Shown here piece after piece: positions 59,701-64,000 of a stretch of DNA of 64,000 nt. The DNA comes from the human T2T-CHM13v2.0 reference genome, Homo sapiens. Location of the stretch: assembly GCF_009914755.1 (NCBI RefSeq), contig NC_060932.1; one strand, given 5' to 3'. Every line of letters starts with the position of its first letter. The stretch's first letter is position 1. The notes beneath the pieces are model-generated. The model was not told where the DNA came from, ran no database searches, and saw only the letters and a list, made by a program, of their open reading frames with translations. The position numbers and the translations under genes are program-made.

Positions 59701-61635
59701 ATCTTCTTACTTTCATAAACTACCTGAACAAGTCCCTTAATCTCTAGGAGCCTCAGTTTCAACATCTGTAAACTGAAGGTGCTCGCAAGATAAACCTTCA
59801 AGCTCTAAAATATATATATCTGTTCCCCTGATGGCTCAGAAGGCTTTTCAGAAAATTATAATTACAGCATCTTCTTTGCAAACATCCATTAACAATGTAG
59901 TGATAAGATAGTTAATAAACATTTCTAGGCTATATAATGTCTACTAAGCAAATGTTTACTTTAAGAAATAAAAATAAACAAGTAGTTGTCTTATGAAAGC
60001 TTAAGATGTCATAACCATCACCCCCTTCAAGAAAAAGATTAAACAATTATCATTTTCAATAGACCATTAACTGCACAGGAAGATGGCCTGTGAAAGTTTC
60101 CAAATATCATTTTACATACACAGAACTAAAAGGCCAAGTACTCTGAAATATTAACAGAAAAGAATGTAAAGAGAAGGGAGAGGGTTTCAGGGTTTGAAGG
60201 GAAGCTGGACTGTCTACATTTCTGCTACAAAAAAGTAATGCTGCATAATCTACATTTATAATTGGGTATTTACAACTTACATAGTTTTCTTCTATAGTTG
60301 GCACAAGGGTTGTTTGATACAGCAAAGAGCCTAATATAATGGCAAACCAACTTGCAAAGTAAAATAGAGTGTCAGTGAATGGACTGCTGTGAGTGTTTTT
60401 ATTCTTGCATAATAGCATTTAGATGCATCTATTAAAAAAAAATCCAAGTGCATTATCCAAATGTTCAGTTACTAGGGATACTAACAGTTGTCTGTCCATG
60501 GCAATTTCATTTCTGTTTTTTTACACAAATCATCGCTTGCAAGCATTGATGTTAAAAACAGAAAAATAGTCTAGTACACAGTGGCTATAAATGCCAAATC
60601 AATTTTCAGCAAATAATAAAGTCCATGTTTTACAATCAGCAATGCACTGTTTTACTACCCAAAAATGTAAGCTAATAATATATAGCTCTACTAAATGGAA
60701 AATGCAGATATGCTGTTAAAAAATGGGCCGGCTGTGAGAGGATGGATCATTTCTGCAGGGACCTTCTTAAAGCTATGTGTAAGTGTTTTGAAAATATCAC
60801 ATGATGTGGCCATGTGTTAAAAATTACAGCCAGTTAAGTTCTCTGCTAAGGAAAATATGTGGGCAATTTATGAAATGCACTCCAGGATGGAGATGTCTTA
60901 AGTAAAACCAGATTTTGAAAACAAACCTTTTTTTTCTCTCTTTTGGAAACTTGAACTTAAAAAAAAGTTCCAGGCACATCTGGAGAGCAGGACCATTGAG
61001 AAAGGGTGGTCTGACCTAATACTAGCCATCTTCTAAAAGAAAAAGCACTATTTCTGGGCTACAGGGACTGTGCTCACTTATTGTCCTTTTAAGGAAATAG
61101 TCCTGAAAGCATTTTGTAGGTCAACATATGTTCTTTGATAATATTATACAAAGATTCATAAAAATATAAGTGTTTCAGAAAGCTTGGAGTCACTGCCTCC
61201 TGAAACAATATAATGCCCAAGGTCTCCCAGCCTTCTCATAAGAAAACATTTTCCTTTTCTTAAACACAAGGATCTAGTTGTTACAAAAGTGACAGGTAGT
61301 AAAATGATATTTCTTTATAATGAGTTAAACAATTTTGAAATAATCTATTTCTTTAAAGCATCCTTAGCCTCTTTTGACTTATATAGTTCATTTTGAAACA
61401 ATATGCTAGCAACATCTTTAAAAACATGTTTTTTAAAACCAAAATAGTTCTAGAACCCCTTAAACTAAGACTTTTTTACTTACCCACCCCCAAAGATTGG
61501 GATGTCTGAATAAGATCAGTTTGTGCACATCTGTTTCCAGGGATCCTCAATTTTATAAAAAAAGGCCCTAGATATGGCAATTGTTACATCATGTCTGAGA
61601 CAACCAGGAATTAGTTCTGATACTTCAACTACCAA

Positions 61636-61636
<1 letters not shown>

Positions 61637-61697
<61 letters not shown>
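61637..61697. repeat. (TA)n(TG)n microsatellite
   Basis: Seen directly. Confidence 0.95.
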
Positions 61698-61701
<4 letters not shown>

Positions 61702-62029
61702 TGATATATAGTCATTTAAGCAGTAGATGATATCAGAGTGCATAGAACACAACCTTTTAATCTTCTACACATAATGTCTTACTTAAAAATATAAAACCTG
61801 CCCAAGATGGCTAAAATCATCCATTAAAATGAACCTATATATATGGACTAAAATAAGCTAAAAACATATTTAGAGGTAGTCCATCCAATAGTAGAATTTA
61901 AAAACTACAGATGGGTGTCAAAAATAGCCAAGTGTCAAATCTGCTCAAGTATCGCCATTCTGGCACATGCTCATAGTCACAGCTGTTAATATATTCTATG
62001 TATCCAAGTACAAGGTTTTCTAACACAGT

Positions 62030-62033
<4 letters not shown>

Positions 62034-62061
<28 letters not shown>
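62034..62061. repeat. (GA)n microsatellite
   Basis: Seen directly. Confidence 0.95.
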
Positions 62062-62063
<2 letters not shown>

Positions 62064-63656
62064 CAGTGCCCACACTTCAGGCTATTGCTGTAGAACCAGA
62101 TGTATTAACAACAACACTAAAACAAACTTATCAATGACTCTAAATCCCTAAATATAGTTCAATGCTTTTTAAATAAGGGTGCTTTGAAGCTTAGTTTAAA
62201 ATGATGCAATTAGCTAGAAGTAGCAAGGGTCCTAACTAATCTCGTTCACCTATTATAATTCACAAATGGCTTTGGTTTATTATGGGGTTTTGTTTTACAA
62301 AATTAACATATAGACTCTTCAAAATGCTGATAAATCAGATCATTTAACACGTTTATTAACAGCATAAAAAAGATCTGAATTATGACATAAAAATCAGATA
62401 AATGTGCTCAATATTCTGGTGAAATAAAAAACACAGGCACTTTCACACTGATTCTGTATTATATACCCAGGGCACATTACATCTTTAGTTGCATGGTGCA
62501 TATAAATCAAGATGAAAGCTTAAAGAGTTAAAATGACCTTTCAAAGACCTCAGTCATTGTCTTTTTGTAAATTGATTTTCCCCATAATTCAGCTACATAC
62601 ATTCCTAGTCTACTAATGAAAAAGTGCAATTCTGCCACAAATGCATCCTTTCTGCATATATATCAATAATGATTAGGATGGACGAGACACATCCTAAAGG
62701 GAAAAACATTCTTCAAACAACTGGCAATACCTACACACAACTGTGGTTGCAGAAAACTGGCAGATAATGTTTCAAAACACCATCTGTGAGGTGTACAAAC
62801 TCTGTGACCAAGCACAGCCTCTTCTGCCTGTCCTACCCAAATAATCCACATAAATCGGCCAGCTGGAGGATCTCTATCTGCCCTGTCTTTTTTATCTGAA
62901 GATAGGAAGCTCCAAATTAGGCACAGGGCAATTTAGACAGTTCTTGAGAACAGCCGAAACAACCCTTTCCCCGGCCAGCCTTCTCCACAAGCAGAGCCTT
63001 CACTGGCAACGATCACAGAAACACTCCAGGCTCCAAAAATAATATTTTTCAGAGGAAACTGACATGCACTAAATTTCCAGGACAAGAGCTTCACTAATTC
63101 AGCAGGCTTTTTATTTTAATTAACTGATTTCAATTATTTGTCTGATGACATCTAAGGGCTGTGATTTAGGACAAGACTGAAATTCCTTGTAGTTCCAAAG
63201 CTTCCTTCACTTTCTCTGACATAAACAGCTTTTTAAAGAGATCTTATTCCAGGATTCTGCCATAATCTGAAAACTCTCTCCACAGATGAAATTTCCAGGA
63301 CACCAAGTACAGATGATAGTCACAAAATTCTGAACAGAAACAATACTTCTTACTTGAGCTAAAACCCTCAAGTAAATTACTCCGACAAACATCCGTGGCT
63401 GTACGACCCCCTCAACCTTTAAAATACATCTCCCAAATTTTAAAAGCAAGGGCTCCACACCCTGTACCCCTCCATGTATCAAGATCTTTGTGGTTCTCTT
63501 TATGCTACCTTCCAATCACACCTCTGTCACCCCCAGCCTCTTCCTGCCCACATCAGATACAACACGCTGTGGGGCAGAAGGTATTTTCCATGCATAATAG
63601 AAAGTAAGCTTTCTTCATTGGAAAAACAGAGAGAACACAGAACAGGGCTAACTCAC

Positions 63657-63663
63657 CAGGCAT
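63657..63663 (-). CDS. RUNX1T1: RUNX1T1 exon 1a coding part (ATG CCT G; start of MTG8a-type isoform MPDRTEK...)
   Basis: Minus strand reads TTCAAGG ATG CCT G|GTGAGT, with the donor at 63651-63656. Phase 1 joins exon 2 (AT CGT ACT) to give M-P-D-R-T-E-K, the known MTG8a N-terminus. It lies in the locally GC/CpG-richer end of the window. Confidence 0.9.
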
Positions 63664-64000
63664 CCTTGAATCCAGCGTACCACACAGAAAGTGGCTGTCT
63701 CCTAAAAGCAAGCGCGTTCCGGGCTCATGCCTCCTGTTCTGGAATGAGTGGCAGCAGAGAGGAGGGCCATCAGAGGGGCTGGGGCGGCATCGCCGGAGGC
63801 AGGGTGCTGGGCGCGTGCGCCTGCCAGGCAGAGACAGATGGAGAGCTGACACTCCGGATTGCACTTGGAGCAGAAATGTGGAGGATGACAGGAGCACATG
63901 TGGCCTTGAACCCAGCCCTGTCTCTTTAGGCAGAACAATGACAGGGATGTGTGTGCAAAGTATCACAACCCCTACCCTCCCCTTAGCACTCCACCTCTCT
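63664..64000 (-). promoter_or_regulatory. RUNX1T1: RUNX1T1 exon 1a 5'UTR / proximal promoter region
   Basis: GC- and CpG-enriched relative to the AT-rich window, repeat-free, and directly upstream of the ATG. It contains two acceptor-like sites (AG at 63821-63822 and 63739-63740). The TSS cannot be located from sequence. Confidence 0.65.

Noticed and set aside
63474-63929. 151-aa plus-strand ORF antisense to exon 1a
   Set aside because: GC-rich region with no recognisable homology; most likely a chance open frame.

Overview
Primate genomic DNA, almost certainly human (it carries an AluYg6-type element). The window covers the 5' part of RUNX1T1 (ETO/MTG8, the t(8;21) partner of RUNX1) on the minus strand. 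Five coding segments join with canonical GT-AG sites and matching phases: exon 1a (63657-63663, MP..), exon 2 (18337-18474), exon 3 (15690-15931), exon 4 (12113-12202) and exon 5 (6222-6403). Together they give MPDRTEKHSTMPDSPVDVKTQ...NHR1/TAFH domain...[11 protein letters not shown]. The gene continues beyond position 1. The rest is intron, including the ~45 kb intron between exon 1a and exon 2, filled with about 30 Alu/FLAM elements, L1/L2/MIR fragments, MaLR LTRs, DNA transposon fossils and microsatellites. Nearly all other ORFs in the track are repeat or low-complexity artefacts. I found no convincing new biological system. The best leads are a layered uORF/open-frame architecture in exon 1a, several candidate cryptic exons, a young Alu nested in another Alu's tail, a non-TE local duplication near exon 2, template-switch scars in Alus, and close inverted Alu pairs in the breakpoint intron. 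Repeat subfamily names are by-eye calls from remembered consensus sequences, and the edges of old repeats are approximate.
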